A stretch of DNA of 62,610 nt, filler included, from Collodictyon triciliatum (taxonomy: Eukaryota): assembly GCA_043381765.1 (NCBI GenBank). It is 12 parts of 12 records of this genome, joined end to end, with 100 filler letters (N's around TTAATTAATTAA, not from the genome) between each part and the next. Parts side by side here need not be neighbours in the genome. Positions count along the whole stretch, not along the records: positions 59,167 to 62,610 come from JBHJMP010005429.1; 11 more parts are not named here. One strand, written 5' to 3'. The position numbers were made by a program, and so were the translations under genes. This document shows, one piece after another, positions 62,201-62,610 of this stretch. Position 1 is the stretch's first letter. Every line of letters starts with the position of its first letter. The notes under the pieces are model-generated. The model did not search any database and was not told the DNA's origin. It worked only from the letters and a program-made list of their open reading frames with translations.

Positions 62201-62399
62201 AAAAAAAAAATAATAATACATGAGTGAAAAGGTCTTGTAGTATATTAACATGAGGTGACCTAAATAATATTCAATAGTTTTCACTTACAGTACTGGAAAG
62301 CATTCTTAAGCCGATAACGTCAAATAAATCGAGCATAATCATAAGCAAGCCTTTTACAGGATACGTTTTATCGTGATCGGAGAATATAGTATCGGACCT
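59297..62399 (-). CDS. BEACH-domain protein (neurobeachin/LRBA/Lvs family), internal fragment ending in the BEACH-type PH domain
   Basis: KLDKSETSMRMRFRLK, IPCSFVT...GKLDI...VVF, AIHHRRYILRYTAIEVF, KAYLINF. Confidence 0.85.
60606..60664 (-). mobile_element. Third copy of the retroposon 3' end with a 16-bp target-site duplication, intronic
   Basis: AAATCATGGCGAATAT at 60606-60621 and 60649-60664 flanks the reverse complement of CACTTTGAATCGAATAAAGG-A6/7. Confidence 0.85.
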
Positions 62400-62610
62400 C
62401 TGTTCATTATAATGAAAGAAGTCAGGCCAAAATCATTCAATAGTCGACTTTTCAAAATCACTTGAAATTGGGCTCTAATAAAAGAAAATGTGAGCATATT
62501 AATATTAAAAGAAAAAGAAGAAAAAAAGAAGAAAAAAAAACGGGGGGGGGGGGGGGGAAAAAAAAAATTTTTAAAAAAAAGAGGGCTGGGGAATATGAAA
62601 TATGTTTGTT

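Overview
This is not a contiguous locus. It is 12 unrelated contigs of about 5.3 kb from a fragmented eukaryotic (protist-like) draft genome, joined by 100-bp artificial linkers (44 N + TTAATTAATTAA + 44 N). Most contigs end in microsatellites. Genes are intron-dense (GT-AG, one GC-AG, weak 5' consensus) and use the standard code (TAA, TAG and TGA all act as stops), so the ORF track shows mostly exon fragments; I spliced the exons by hand. Recognisable genes, mostly partial: DUF445 membrane protein, FAH-family hydrolase, NAD-dependent epimerase, an intronless Cys-rich tandem-repeat multi-TM surface protein, mitochondrial EF-Tu, KIN17, aldose 1-epimerase, VPS35, POP1, a PCAF_N-domain (GCN5/PCAF-like) protein, a NEO1/ATP9 flippase, a possible Ig-fold transcription factor, a myosin, a PMCA-type Ca2+-ATPase, LARP7, a Cache-HAMP class III nucleotide cyclase, an IPT/TIG protein, an EF-hand protein and a PH-BEACH protein. 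Most notable: (1) a myosin VI-like motor with an insert-2 ('reverse gear')-like segment; (2) a PCAF_N zinc domain, usually described as animal-specific; (3) a receptor cyclase with an Asp/Asp base-specificity pair that fits neither adenylyl nor guanylyl cyclases; (4) three tiny intronic retroposon copies with a shared 3' end and 13-17 bp target-site duplications, plus a frameshifted LINE ORF1-like fragment. All family assignments come from recognising motifs, not from database searches.
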